Shown here in pieces: positions 1 to 14,138 of a stretch of 64,000 nt of DNA. Positions within the stretch are counted from its first letter, which is position 1, and the number at the start of each line of letters is the position of its first letter. Made by a program: the position numbers and the translations under genes. Location: the NCBI RefSeq assembly GCF_006345805.1, contig NC_043008.1, forward strand, positions 8,060,001 to 8,124,000. Direction: 5' to 3'. The notes under the pieces were generated by a model that was not told where the DNA came from, ran no database searches, and was given only the letters and a program-made list of their open reading frames with translations. The stretch is from Octopus sinensis (Eukaryota).

Positions 1-34
1 GCAATCGGATGGAGGATACCCAAGATCCCAGAAG

Positions 35-68
<34 letters not shown>

Positions 69-1271
69 CGGATGTTATATAATAGAATATATACATATGT
101 ATAAGCATAATATCTTACTTTCTAAACAAATTAGACAATACGTTAGTGAAGTGCATGACGCAACAAAATTCGTGTTTTATTGCATTTACACATGTAATAC
201 CAATACGGTTCCATCATACCAATATGCGCATATATATACATGGATGTATGCATATTAACAGACACCAAAACACATACTCACATGCATACCCATGCACGAA
301 CACAGGCACTCACATGCGCATGCATATATGAAGTTGCAAGAGAGAGAAGGAAAAGATAGGGTCTATAATGTAAAAATAGACGGAAAATAAGCGAAAATCT
401 AGCAGAAATATTTCCTTCCATATGTATGTGGGAGTATCCATTTTTATACGAATAAGTATCCGCGTGAATGTGTGTATGACTGAAAAAGCCGTTCCCACTT
501 TGCTTTCTATTGCAAATAACTCAATTTTAAAATGAAAAGATCGAGAGAAGTCTATTATATGTTGCTGTTTTTCTATTTTTGCAATAAAATTATTCCATGG
601 CGACATCTAATGCTTTCAGCTAAATGCATCCTTCAAAATAAAATTTTGCTATCAACATTTCCTAAACGTTAAAAAACTATACATATCGTAAATATTACAG
701 AGTATAAATCCAATGATTGATATTTAAAAACATAAATAAAAGCTACAATTACATTAAATCAGAGTACAGTAACAAACTTTTCATGCAAAGCCCTGTTCTC
801 TAAGAACGTAAGGAATTTTGTTGTTATGCATTTAGAAATTTGTGGTCTTATATTCGGAATTTCAATAACTTTAAATCTAATAAAACTTTCTTTGTCAGAA
901 ACGGAACACAGATGGAGATAATATGAATTCCTTTTAACTAATTTCCTTTACCGTAGATCTTATTGTATCCATGTTAGTAATGTATTCAGAAATTGTTTTT
1001 CACTGTATATGTGTTCTCAGTGAAAATTATTAGATATCACACAGAATTGCTTTCTTCTTCTTCTCTTTTTCATTACTTGCGCTTTTGAGGAATTGCGCGC
1101 TAAATGCTACTCTTTACAAATTTATATCAGAGCCATTTGTTTATGCCAACCCAGACTTTTATCTGAATATTCCAATGATAAAAATCTAATTTAAAATATG
1201 AGAAGAGATTGATGGGTTGAAACTTTGTAAGTGTATGTAACATTTTTCGTGGGAAAAAATACGTGTATGAA

Positions 1272-1343
<72 letters not shown>

Positions 1344-1414
1344 TTATATACATATATATATACATGCATGCATACAAACATATAGTTAGAGATAGACGGA
1401 CAGAGAGATAGATA

Positions 1415-1478
<64 letters not shown>

Positions 1479-2167
1479 TAGTCGGATATATATATATATG
1501 CCAAATGTTTAAGGCTTTCGTTACATTTTAAGACGGCATAATCATTTTATATTCTAAAATTTGAAATATTAATTTAATTTCGATATAATCTATTTGTTTC
1601 GATGTAACATGTTTTAAAGTCCTATTGTGCCAAGCATGTTTCATAAATTCAATCGAAGAAAACTTTGATGAAATCTTGTGAAATTTACAGATTCCAGTCT
1701 GTGGAAGGGAGATGAATAATTTAGAGGTATCATTGTAGACATTTTTCAGCTGACTAAATTGAATGGGAAGCCGTCAGAGGAGGATTTCAAGTAATTAATC
1801 AATGATTAATGATCCGTTTCTTATTTGAATTGGTGACTGAAATCACTACAAGAAATCAATAATAAAAATAAAAACCTACCTATTTTTTTTTGTTTAATCA
1901 CTCGTTCCTATATTTTCACACATGTTTACCAAATAATATTATTATGGCAATTTTTCTTATTAATTATAAATATATAAAAGCACTATTTTAGATAAAATGA
2001 TAAAAATTTTCGTCTACTAATTTTTCACACTAGTAACATTTTAATTTAAATATTAGGAAGTGAATGAAATAATCTGCATTTTCAAATATACAGGTATAAA
2101 TAATCGGAAATTTATTTCTATTATTAAATGACTATGTACGAGAAATTATCATACTTTATTTTAGCGA

Positions 2168-2308
<141 letters not shown>

Positions 2309-2354
2309 GTATGTATAGACATATAGATATGTAGGTATGTATGTATATATATAT

Positions 2355-3680
2355 GCCTCGGATATTGAACAGTTCAACTCTTTATTGTAAAAAGAGGATC
2401 GTTGCAGTTACCACTAGCGTCAATAAAAACTAGGGAAGATACTAACATTGATAAGACTAGGAGAGCCGAAGGACATAGAAAAGATGCGTAATCCACCAGA
2501 TGTGAAAACAGCCAGGAAGGGAAAAGCAGTAGCAGAGACTGATGACATCCTCTCTTCTCTTACACACCGAGATATGGTGGCTGCAACGCAAATTCCTCGG
2601 AAGAGACTTGGTATTCGCGCGGCTCGGTGCAGACTGTTCGCAAATATGATGGGGAGCGGGCGCAGATGTGCTGTTACTAACAGCGTCAAAACGAGGGAAT
2701 CAGAGAGAAGAGAGCTTCATTTGATCCGCTGCATTCAACAAGGGCAGTTGCTGACATGGGGGGAGCATATTTTTGAGAGAAAAATAATTTGGGATGAGAT
2801 ATGGAAGTGGACCACATCTCGGCTAAGTTTTCTGATTCGTTCATCCTATAATGTTTTGCTATCACCTGCAAACCTAGTAAGATGGAACATCTCACAGAAA
2901 GATATATGCAAATGCGGAAAGGTCGGAACACTGAAACATATTCTTTCCAACTGTTCATTTACATTGAATAGGTATACATGTAGCCGCAACCTGGTCCTTA
3001 AGGTTATCATCAATGCTATAAAGAATGCAACACCTCAACAACAGTGAAAAAACCGTTGAAAGCGGATCTGTTTCAAGAAGAACAACAAAAATCATGAAAA
3101 GTGGAACGTCAATTGGGAGGTGGCTGCAGATTTGTCTGTGTGCCAGGAACTCCTTCCCATCCCAGTTACGAGAAGACCAGACATTGTAATGCGGGGTGAA
3201 AGAAAGAAAGCTATGAATCTAGTCAAGTTAACGGTTCCTCATGAAGATATGGATGCCGCTCGGGCTCGAAAGATCGGCAGTTATGTAAACCTCCTCAAGG
3301 AATGTGAAGACGCAGGTTGGAAAGCAGAGCATCTTCCAATCGTAGTCGCATCTAGAGAGTTTATTGGACACAGTGTAAGGCGACTGTTGTTATCGTTAGG
3401 CCTAACTCATCGTAGAGTAGATACCAGCATAACCGATATCCAAACTACAGTGGAGAAGGCTAGCCACTTGATTTGATAATAGAGACGATGAGCGATGGCT
3501 AGAAGAATAAGAGCTTTATTTGATAACCTGTTGCTTTAGCAAGCGGGGCCTCATATCGGTGAGAGTTGTGCATTGATGCCGTCGACAGGTAGGCTCCGAA
3601 ACGGCGCGCATTCTCTCCCGATGGCTCCATACACTTGCTGGCTTCCGTTATACGGAGCACTCGACTGGTAACACTTGTAT
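2355..3680 (+). mobile_element. 5'-truncated, decayed HERO-like non-LTR retrotransposon (RLE-type): post-RT region, CCHC knuckle, restriction-like endonuclease, 3' UTR
   Basis: ORF 2448-3047 has ERKIIWDEIWKW...RLSFLIRSSYNVLLSPANLVRW followed by CKCGKVGTLKHILSNC (CCHC). ORF 3120-3476 has RRPDIV...LTVPHE...K..Y (RLE PD-D/E motif). Stops and frameshifts separate the pieces. The clade assignment is by recalled resemblance to HERO proteins. Confidence 0.8.
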
Positions 3681-4599
3681 GTGTAAGTTGCTTGTAAAAC
3701 ACACACATACACACACGCACACACAAACCCATATAGATACACACACATACACACACACATCTATATATAAGTTGATATCTAACTGTGTTTTCATTGTACT
3801 ATTGGAAAGACAATTTACCATGAATCAAAAAATATGGAACGCAAATTGGGAAATATATTTAGATCTAATTATATGGAATGAAATCTACCGAACTGTTTAT
3901 GATAATACTCAGTAAATTAATGTATCGATGTCTTCTGCTGTTATTGTAGACTTGGAGTTATTGCATTATACATACTGGAAATTGATATGATTTTAAGTCA
4001 CAGATATTTAAATATTAATATGGACACTAGTGAATTATCTCAAATTTGATGATTTCTTTGTTCTATAAATGTACATCTATGGGTTTTTAAAACTCTTATA
4101 ATTCACATTACGCTGCCAGTCATATGTATATCCATATCATGTGTTGTCAAAAGTCAGTGTTGTGTATACAAAAAAAAATTATATATGTACAGATTATTAC
4201 AATGGTGCTAATACATCGAAGCAACACACCGTTCCTTCAACTGAGCGAACAATATATCGTCATGTTTAATATCCTGAGGTAATCACCTTGCACACAGCTT
4301 TTGGTTCTACACAACCTTATTTCCTGTTATTTTTCGATCGTATTGAAATAAGTGAATATATCATATACATGGTTTTGCACTGAAATATATGTATTTATCA
4401 AATACTGTAGGAAAGAAAGCAAAAGCTACTGAACATATGGAAATTAATGCAGTATCTTTTGCCTTTCGCTAAACATACATCTAAATTCGTAAAATGCAAA
4501 TCCGTCCGTATTTGAGCTATTGTTGTGGGATTGTGCAAGCAACATTTCGAGGATCGTCTTCGTAGTCACTGAATAGTGAAATAAAGGAAATAAACTTAC

Positions 4600-4768
4600 A
4601 TTCAATATGAATATTTCTTGGATATATAATAAGCCAATACAGCTAGTAAAATCACTGTGAGCTATAGTAAAATGTTTTCTTGAATTCCATCCATTATGTC
4701 CACTTGATGAAGTACGAAGCAATGTTTCTTTTATATTTCCATGTTTTACATGAAATTGGAATATATTA
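4600..4768 (-). CDS. Candidate internal coding exon of an unidentified gene
   Basis: Minus-strand acceptor ttccgtttctcttatcAG (AG at 4770-4769) and donor AAT|GTAAGT (intron starts 4599). Only one frame is open: x-NIFQFHVKHGNIKETLLRTSSSGHNGWNSRKHFTIAHSDFTSCIGLLYIQEIFILN. Its phase-2 start matches the phase-2 donor at 16785. No homology recognised. Confidence 0.25.
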
Positions 4769-5620
4769 CTGATAAGAGAAACGGAATATTTACAGAGAGA
4801 TTTGTGTGGGATGAAGATTCAGTATCAAAAAACATGTAAATAAACGGGAAAATGAAACAAATTACGAGCAGTATTGCGTAATCTAAATTTCTTTCGATTG
4901 CTGAATCTACTTTCTGTATGAAAGGATATTTTACGGATAAAAAATGATTTCATTCATTATGTTCAGAAGTGAATTTCATGAAAAGCACTAAATAGTATAT
5001 TATTAGAAGTACACAGATATGTCTCACAAAGTTAATAGTGATTTCTTAAGAAAAATATATCTAGGATAAGGTTTATAATTATTATTTTACATTAATCATT
5101 TATAAGACAGCATTTAAATATATTTAACAGAAAGTAACTAACTTTATACATAAGTCGATGATGTGGCCGCAATGTTCCCGTGGAGAGGAATAATGTTTAG
5201 GGACATTTCTGGAGGATCTGCCTCTCATCCTTTCACTCTTGATGAAATAAAGGACCAATAAACCCTTATATAGATGTTGTCGTTCTTTCCTCCACCAAAT
5301 TTCAGATTTTATGTTTATATTTGAAGCAACTATGGTTATAGATGCTTGCAATTGACCGGGAAAATTCCCCAGTCCTACAGTAAAGCTAGAAACAGAGTTT
5401 GATGAAAATATTCGCTGAAGCCTACCATTATGTCAGTTTTTAGAAGAATAATTTTACGAAAGACCTTACTTATACTATTGATGAGGTCCACTTGTTTCAT
5501 TGGAGGTGCTAAGTATGGAAATTACTCTACTTTTTCGAGTGTTGTATCCGAGATAGCAACTTTAAAAACTGGCAAAATGGTATTTGGGACTGTGCAAGGA
5601 ACTTGGTTTTCTTGATGTCT

Positions 5621-5701
<81 letters not shown>

Positions 5702-7708
5702 TGTGTCTGAGTGTCCGTGTGCGTGTATTTGTCTGTGTGTGTGTTCGAGCATGAGTATGTATGTGTATATCGGTTGTTACTTTGTAGCGTTAAATGGTCA
5801 TTTGCAAATAATCTGTTACCATCATATTTCATCTTACCATAAGCTTAGGCAAATGCATATATCCCCAACTTCACTCTTACTTGTAGAAATCTGCCTTCCG
5901 TTTAGTCAGATGTGATCAGTTTTTTATTGCATCATACACTCATGTTTACCTCTCGTCAACAGAATATAAGTGAGCGCATTACCATTTCGTTAGTAATTAT
6001 ATTTCATTGCTACGCTTAGAAAGATACCAGTTCTAATATTGCTTATCTCTTAAGAAATCATGCTCATCAAATAACGATGTCCATATCAACTAAGATTCGA
6101 ACCCAAATAGGTCTATCACTTGTTCTTCGGGCACATATTTTATGCCCCATTATTGAACATTGATTACGATAAATTCCACCTTTTTGTTTGTATAATTTAG
6201 TTGCGAATTGTTTTTAATTATATCCATTATATATTAATGAAGTATTCATTTGAAAAAAATATTAGCTCCGAAACAAAATAAAAGCAAAAATTTGAGATCC
6301 ATTTACAGGTTAACCTAATCAAATTTTAATTCAAGCAGTGTCATTACATTAGAAAGACTGATGCATTGTTCGTTTTTTCATTGCATTTATTAGTTATTAT
6401 TCGGGATATATGCTGCGCATAGCTATCTTTTTCATGGAATATATTGGGATGCATTGGATACAATTTAATCAACTAAGTGCATAAACATATTCTCATATTA
6501 TTTCAGTTTTTGCTATAATTGCAATATAATTAAAATTATGAAAATTACTTACAGATATTTTAAGTTACCAAATATATTTCTCAGGAAGCTGTATACACAA
6601 GTTTGATATTATCGCAACAAAATCCAAATGAGTTTAACAATATAAACTTGACTATATTTTCAAAGAAACGGAATGGAAATATGTCACAGATCCGGTGTTC
6701 AATTCATCGTATATTTGACGATAAATGACTGTTATTGCCTTAATACCCTCATAAGTTTTTATTGGTGTTCGGTATATTATAGACACACACACCCCTTTTG
6801 TTAATATCAATACACAACAATCCCTGTAAGAAAAATTATTAGCATTTTTGGAGTATACAGTCTAAAATATTTTGATTCATTTTCTTCCCTCCATGTCTCC
6901 TACTCATGTTGTTTTGCATTGAATAATATATATTTAACAGAAGGAGATCCAGTCAGTTAAGAATACATTAGTATATCCAAATAACATTTTGAACATTTAT
7001 AGAATGATATACAAAAGTTATACACCCAGTCTCTTTATGGTTTTACTATTTCGTACATCGATCCACGTTACAACTAATTTATATTCGTGCTGTGTAACAT
7101 TCATTTTGGCTTAAATAATTTTATAATCCAACAATTAAAATAACGTCGCAGTAATTAAAAGTAGTGAAATCAATGTTAAGTTGAGGATCATATGTAATTA
7201 ATCATAGTATTTCACGATATAACACCTCATCAAATAAGACTGACGTATATCTATGGAATATAATCCGTTAAGTTCAAATATTTCGCAAGTTAGACGCATA
7301 TCAATTTATCGCAGATCAAAATATGGATTGCAAGAATGAATCATAATTGTCCATATCAAATTATTCGGCTGTTACTCGCCTTGCATCATGTCACTGAGTA
7401 TTTTACGGCTGAACAGGCTGCATAATCATTAATGAATGCATTTTTGAGTCAAATCCATTATATAGCTCCCAAGGTTAACATAAAAGCTAGCTTCAACTTC
7501 ACAAAGACAAATCACAACAAACCACGTATGGCTGAACCGCACTTCGCGAAATAAAGTTCTTCAGTTCTGAACATATATAAATACACACACGCGCACAGAA
7601 ACACACAAACACACATTCACGTATATATGTATATATGTATGCGTATATATATATATATATATTATATATATATATATGTATGTATGCACATATATATATG
7701 TGTTTATG

Positions 7709-7763
<55 letters not shown>

Positions 7764-7785
7764 CACATATATATATGTGTTTATG

Positions 7786-7816
<31 letters not shown>

Positions 7817-8045
7817 AATAATAATTTTAACTTGTCTCTAAAAGCACATTAAATGTTCATACAGCACCAGGAGAGAAGACAAAGAGACAAAATAAACTAG
7901 CAAAAAAGTAACTGGATAATTCCAGATCCCAGATTTCTGACTCTGCATAAGAAAGGCTTTACCTTCATCATACGCAGATAGCACATAAATACATACATAC
8001 ACACACACACATATATATATATATATATGTGTGTATATATATATG

Positions 8046-8088
<43 letters not shown>

Positions 8089-9153
8089 TATATATATATT
8101 GTGGTAGGCACACATGATTGAGTGGGGAGCAGGCTAGCCATTTCATCTTAATTGTTATTATCCATCCTTCATTCGTTAGTTCTGTTTCTTGTCCCCATTG
8201 TGGTGTTTTGTCTGTTCTTGTGCTGTGCCCTCTGTTTTAAAGCCTGCGTGCCGAACAAAGGAAGTACAATCAGCGTGGCATGCCGTACGCGCCAGTCACG
8301 CAGATGACGAAAGTACGTCGTCATAATGCGGGACAAATATATATTTGAAAAAAGGCATGTATCTTACACACTCACACATAATATCAACTCTACTTCATAT
8401 GCCTCGACACCTCACATGCTTCACACATCAACCCACCTCACACCTTACATGCTCCCACACCTCTGCCCACAAACCCTAATCCCAACCCAAATACACCCAA
8501 ATCCCATATAAAGAATCACAATGTCACAAATTCTCAGATCGGTTTCCCAATGAATGTGAAAACGTTTTCCCAAGACGTTAACAAAAATTTGTTTCTTTAA
8601 TTCTCTACACCCAAGTTATCAAAGAATTTAGTAGATCTATGAACTAAAATTTATATCATTAAAAAATTATAAAAATAATAGATTAGACTGATTAACACTT
8701 CCAGTGAAGTCATTTCTTTTCGTGTTTCAAATATAGCCAACTGTACCAAGGATCTCACACTACATTCAGTGTAGATATATATATATATATATATATAATA
8801 TATATATATATATATAATATATATATATATATATAATATATATATATATATACAGAGAGAGAGAGAGAGAGAGAGAGCGGTAGATAGACAGAAGCGTACA
8901 TATCTGAATTTAATGCTCTCTATCGATGATCAAGTTCTGACCCTGACGACGTGTTCAATTAACGATGTTTATGATAAATCTTCAATTGATTTGATATGTG
9001 TTAATTATTTCTAATTTGAATTAATTAGACATGGAAATAATTGTAGGTTGTCTGAGTTTGATATCGTTCGAAGTTGGATTTGTTTAATAAGTTGATGTCT
9101 ATACGTCAATTCCTCCCTATTCTTTTTCTTATAAGTGTGTGTGCGTGTTTCTG

Positions 9154-9252
<99 letters not shown>

Positions 9253-9837
9253 CATACATATATACATACATACACGCATACATACGTACATACATACATA
9301 CATACATACATGCATGTATTATTTATGTATGTATGTATATATATATATATACATATATGTGGACCTGTGTTGTTACAAGTGGTATTTGTGGAAATATCTC
9401 GCGAAATGAAGAATACCAATGTGGAATATAATGCTAGCCTCATCTAATATCCAATGCTAAGATACATAGATTGAACTACAAAGGATTATCAGTGTTATAT
9501 TCTCTACAAGAGTTATTTATCTATCAGATATTTACTGATAGCAAAATATGCCGGATACACACCTTCGTCACTTCCATTATAGCATTTAAAAAATAACTGT
9601 TAAAATCGAACTGCACTCTTCAAAACTTGCACTAAGAATAAGTACAAAGTTATGTTACTACCTGCTTTTATAGCAAGTTAAAGTAGGTAGTTTAGCCCGT
9701 CCCCCTCCGACTCTTAGTTTCTGCAACTGAATACCGTATTATTCATGGAAAGTCCCAATACATATTTTGTATTTCATACCTAAACTGTAATTTTTAATAT
9801 ATCTAATTTGTTTTTCCACCTCTATTTCTCTCTCTCT

Positions 9838-9877
<40 letters not shown>

Positions 9878-9965
9878 GTGTGTGTGTGTGTGCATGTGCG
9901 TCTGTGTGGATATATATGTGTGCGGTGTGAGTGTGTTGCGTGTTTCAAGGAACGTGGCTCCTATT

Positions 9966-10021
9966 AATTGGTTGTATCTGATAGCATAAATCTAGATTTA
10001 TGCTATCAGATACAACCAATT
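9966..10021. repeat. 56-bp perfect spacerless palindrome
   Basis: aattggttgtatctgatagcataaatct|agatttatgctatcagatacaaccaatt; the two 28-bp arms are exact reverse complements. Confidence 0.97.
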
Positions 10022-11870
10022 CTTGATGATGTTGAAAAATGATAGTCTGGAGAATTTAGTTATCAATTATGCAAATCTTCATTTCATTGGACACAGAATT
10101 TCATAACAATATAGTAAGCATTTGTTTTAATTTAACAAATATTCTTATTCTCCGCGATGACACAATAACCGCAGTTAAAATCTCAGTAAGGCTTTATTTT
10201 GTCGTCGTGCTTTCTCTGCGATTTCTGTCATAATTTGACAGAATTTCCAATGGCACAGCATACCGAATATATGAAACTTCCTAAAACTGTTTTTCATTAG
10301 ATTGATTTAGCTAAATCATATAATCGATTATTTATTTTTTTAATTTTTAGTCGATTTTCGTCATTCATTCTTGAATACATTTCGTTTCATTTTTCTCTTT
10401 TTCGTCTTATTTTATTGTTTATTTTGTTCAGCTGCATTTATCAATAAAAGGATATATTTTGTCAAAGGTTGGAAAGTACAAGAAATATTTGACGAAGTAA
10501 AATTTTAAGAAGTTTCCAGGAGAAAAACGTCAGTATGCGAGAAATATAATCAATATTGGAACGCTACATTTTTGTTTTCCAGTGTTGAACAAAAGATTCC
10601 CAAATGCAATGCATTGATAGGACCTTCCTACGCATAAACTGTTTTATAAGTCTATTCTAAACCTTATATAAGCCATATGGATGCATAATGTTTTTTAAAC
10701 GAGCATTTGATAATTACAGCAATTTTGAAAATTGAGTATTCATAAGGGAAAATAGAAAACGTTTTTCACTTAATATAAAATTTATCGCGCTAAAATATTT
10801 ATTTTAGGATCATAGATATTATTGTGGTTTGTTTTGTGTGTTTGTCTGAATTATAAAAATTAGCACTGGTTCTTCTTTTAACACTATATCTTAAGTTCTT
10901 TAAGAACAAACGTGAATTCACAAACTCTTTAAAGTGTAAATTTCATATCCAAATATTCCTATTCTGCTGAATGGAAACAGCTTATCATTATTTAGTAACT
11001 ATCGACTGATAAATATTTTAGGAAACTGCATTAATTTGCAGTATTGTATTTTAATTATTTAGTGCGCAAAGGATCACATTTACCAGGTATGATATCTCTA
11101 TGTATTCGTTATATAATTTTACCGGGTCAGAGTCAGCTTAGCATTACTATTTCTTCTGATGACTGTATACAACAAATTTTAATTCAGTAACCTAGAATAA
11201 AGCACTAACAAAGAAGACAGATTCGTATCCACAACCATATACCACATCTTTGTGTTCAGCCAAACCAAAGGTTTCAGCCATTTTCCTTTCTTCTGGTGTT
11301 GCGAAAACCGTTCATTTTCTGCTCTTCTCGTTTCTTATATTACATGGAAAGACATGAAACGGCATATGGTTATCTTTTTCAGCGTATACAAGGTTCTCAT
11401 AGACCGAAAGCTTCTGAAATGGTGTATAATTTATTGGATATTGAAGTAATAAATTATAAAACTTCTTTATAACTAAAGTTAATGTGAAATCAAATAGCCA
11501 ATATTAAATGATTCCACCATATAAAATTGGATGACTTCAACATAATTTGCTACTTCTATGCTCAACAACGAGACAGTATGCTACTAAACCATATAAAATC
11601 GTTCATATTTTGAAAGCTGACATATTTACAGAGCGTAGTTATATTTAATTTTCGACAGGAGTTTAAACCAGTTTTGAGTGAGCTATATATAATGTATACA
11701 CATCCATTAAAACATCTAGGTATTTATATCATAATACAGCTCCAGGGACCAATGCAATACCATATATTTCCGCTGCAGAAATTTTGCGCATAAATGGAAA
11801 TTTATTGGAAAGAATGATGAAATATATATTTATCTGTCTACGCGTGCATACACACACATACTCACATGCG

Positions 11871-12024
11871 TACGCGTACACAAACAAACACACAAACACG
11901 CACAGGCACACACACAGGCACACACACAGGCACGCACACACAGAGGCACATACACATGAATAGACACATATGGGTTATGTACAATTTTCTATATTGAGTA
12001 TGTGAGATGCTACGTAGTATCTAA

Positions 12025-12076
<52 letters not shown>

Positions 12077-12228
12077 TTAGATACTACGTAGCATCTCACA
12101 TACTCAAATATAGAAAATTGTACATAACCCATATGTGTCTATTCATGTGTATGTGCCTCTGTGTGTGCGTGCCTGTGTGTGTGCCTGTGTGTGTGCCTGT
12201 GCGTGTTTGTGTGTTTGTTTGTGTACGC

Positions 12229-12231
<3 letters not shown>
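11871..12231. repeat. 361-bp near-perfect palindrome centred on (TA)23
   Basis: Arm 11871-12027 is the reverse complement of 12074-12231 apart from one 1-nt indel. The centre 12028-12073 is (TA)n. Confidence 0.95.
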
Positions 12232-12267
<36 letters not shown>

Positions 12268-12314
12268 TATATAGATATACATATACATATATACATATAT
12301 ACATATATATATAA

Positions 12315-12356
<42 letters not shown>

Positions 12357-13390
12357 GTATGTATATGTATCAGTGTGTGAGCCTCTATATTGCGTGCGTG
12401 TGTACGTATGTCCTAACATACGTGCATGCACAAACAAACACATACATTTGAATTAATAACCAACATACAGATGTGTGATCAGTTATTGTGTAGCAGTCGG
12501 CAAACATACGACTATTAAGTGATAAGCGATAGAGGAAGGCATTTTAATACATTCATTTCCTTAAGAATTTAGTGACATTGCAGGGAATCGTTTACATTTC
12601 TCGACAAATTCTATCAATCTGAAAAACACTTTTTGCAAATATGTCATAATTTGATATAGACCTCCAACTATTATATTAATTACTACGCATAATTTACTGG
12701 CAGATAAATCTGTCAAATATATTTATCATATAATTTATTAGTTTTTATATATACCGTAAATACATACACACATAAAATATACAAACTGACACATACACAC
12801 GTACACTCATATATATGCATGTAGATATTGAATAAATGCTTATGAATTGGAAAGTATATAGCTGAAGAAATGAGGAGCGTGTGGTTAAACTCCAATGTAT
12901 GTTTAACTGAATGCAATAGGAACAGTAGCTAAGATATGGAATTGAGTTTTAAATGACTGAAAGAATGTGCAGATAAGGATGTTTGGAAGACTCCAAAGTA
13001 AACGATCATAATGACATTACAAATATTTTCCTTATTTGGCATGGCAGTATCCTCCATGATCCTCGTGAAAACTGTGTATGATCTGTGATAATTACACAAT
13101 TGGTGATAGTTATTAAATTAAGCTGCTGTAAACTAATGTCGGAATAATGTCATGAGGAACGATAGTCGAATATAAAAATTATTGACAGCTAAAAAATAAA
13201 ACGTTCAACAAGAAAAGATAAAGAAATTCATTAGAATAACAACGCATATAGCGTGAATAAAAAAGGCAGAGTGTCACTATAGGAAATCCAAGTCGGTTAA
13301 AAAAATCCAGTAAAGGAAAGTGCATTGTGTAAGTTTAGAGAGAGAAGGAGGGAGGGGAGATTGATAGAGAGAGAGTGGTAGAGAGGAACT

Positions 13391-13771
13391 GGCGGAGGCG
13401 CAATGGCCCAGTGGTTAGAGCAGCGGACTCGCGGTCATAGGATCGCGGTTTCGATTCCCAGACCGGGCGTTGTGAGTGTTTATTGAGCGAAAACACCTAA
13501 AGCTCCACGAGCATCCGGCAGGGGATGGTGGTGATCCCTGCTCTACTCTTTCACCACAAGTTTCTCTCACTCTTACTTCCTGTTTCTGTTGTATATGTAT
13601 TTCAAAGGGACGGCCTTGTCACTGTGTCACGCTGAATATCCCCGAGAACTACGTTAAGGGTACACGTGTCTGTGGAGTGCTCAGCCACTTACACGTTAAT
13701 TCCACGAGCAGGCTGTTCCGTTGATCGGATCAACCAGAACCCTCGTCGTCGTAACCGACGGAGTACTTCCC
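13391..13771 (+). mobile_element. tRNA-derived SINE, family A (possibly an Octopus OR-type SINE), full length
   Basis: Head GGAGGCGCAATGGCCCAGTGGTTAG (A box) ... GGTTTCGATTCCC (B box). 11-bp TSD agagaggaact at 13380-13390 and 13772-13782. Homologues at 41642, 56004, 61938 and 30183. Confidence 0.9.
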
Positions 13772-13907
13772 AGAGAGGAACTAAGATAAAAGATGGGAGA
13801 GAGAGAGAGAAACATCTATATAATTGTATAGAAAGTAAAGAAACAACAAACATGCCTTGACAGTTTACCAAGCGCATGCATCTACATACTATATAACAAA
13901 GTAATAA

Positions 13908-14138
13908 GGCGGCGAGCTAGCAGAAACGTTAGCACGCCGGGCGAAATGCGTAGCCGTATTTCGTCTGCCGTTATGATCTGAGTTCAAATGCCCCCGTGGT
14001 CGATTTTGCCTTTCATCCATTCGGGGTCGATAAATTAAGTACCAGTTACGCACTAGAGTCGATGTAATCGAATTAATCCCTTTGTCTGTCCTTGTTTGTC
14101 CCCTCTGTGTTTAGCCCCCTGTGGGTAGTAAAGAAATA
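13908..14138 (+). mobile_element. SINE family C
   Basis: Head GGCGGCGAGCTRGCAGAAACGTTAGCACGCCGGGCG, B-box-like GAGTTCAAAT and core GTCGA.TTTGCCTTTCATCC.TTCGGGGTCGATAAATTAAGTACCAG. Homologues at 32485, 43490 and 61284. Confidence 0.9.

Noticed and set aside
13394-13468. tRNA gene calls at the SINE heads (also 33359, 38884, 41642, 56004)
   Set aside because: A/B boxes are present, but there is no proper cloverleaf or acceptor stem, and each continues into a repeated SINE body.
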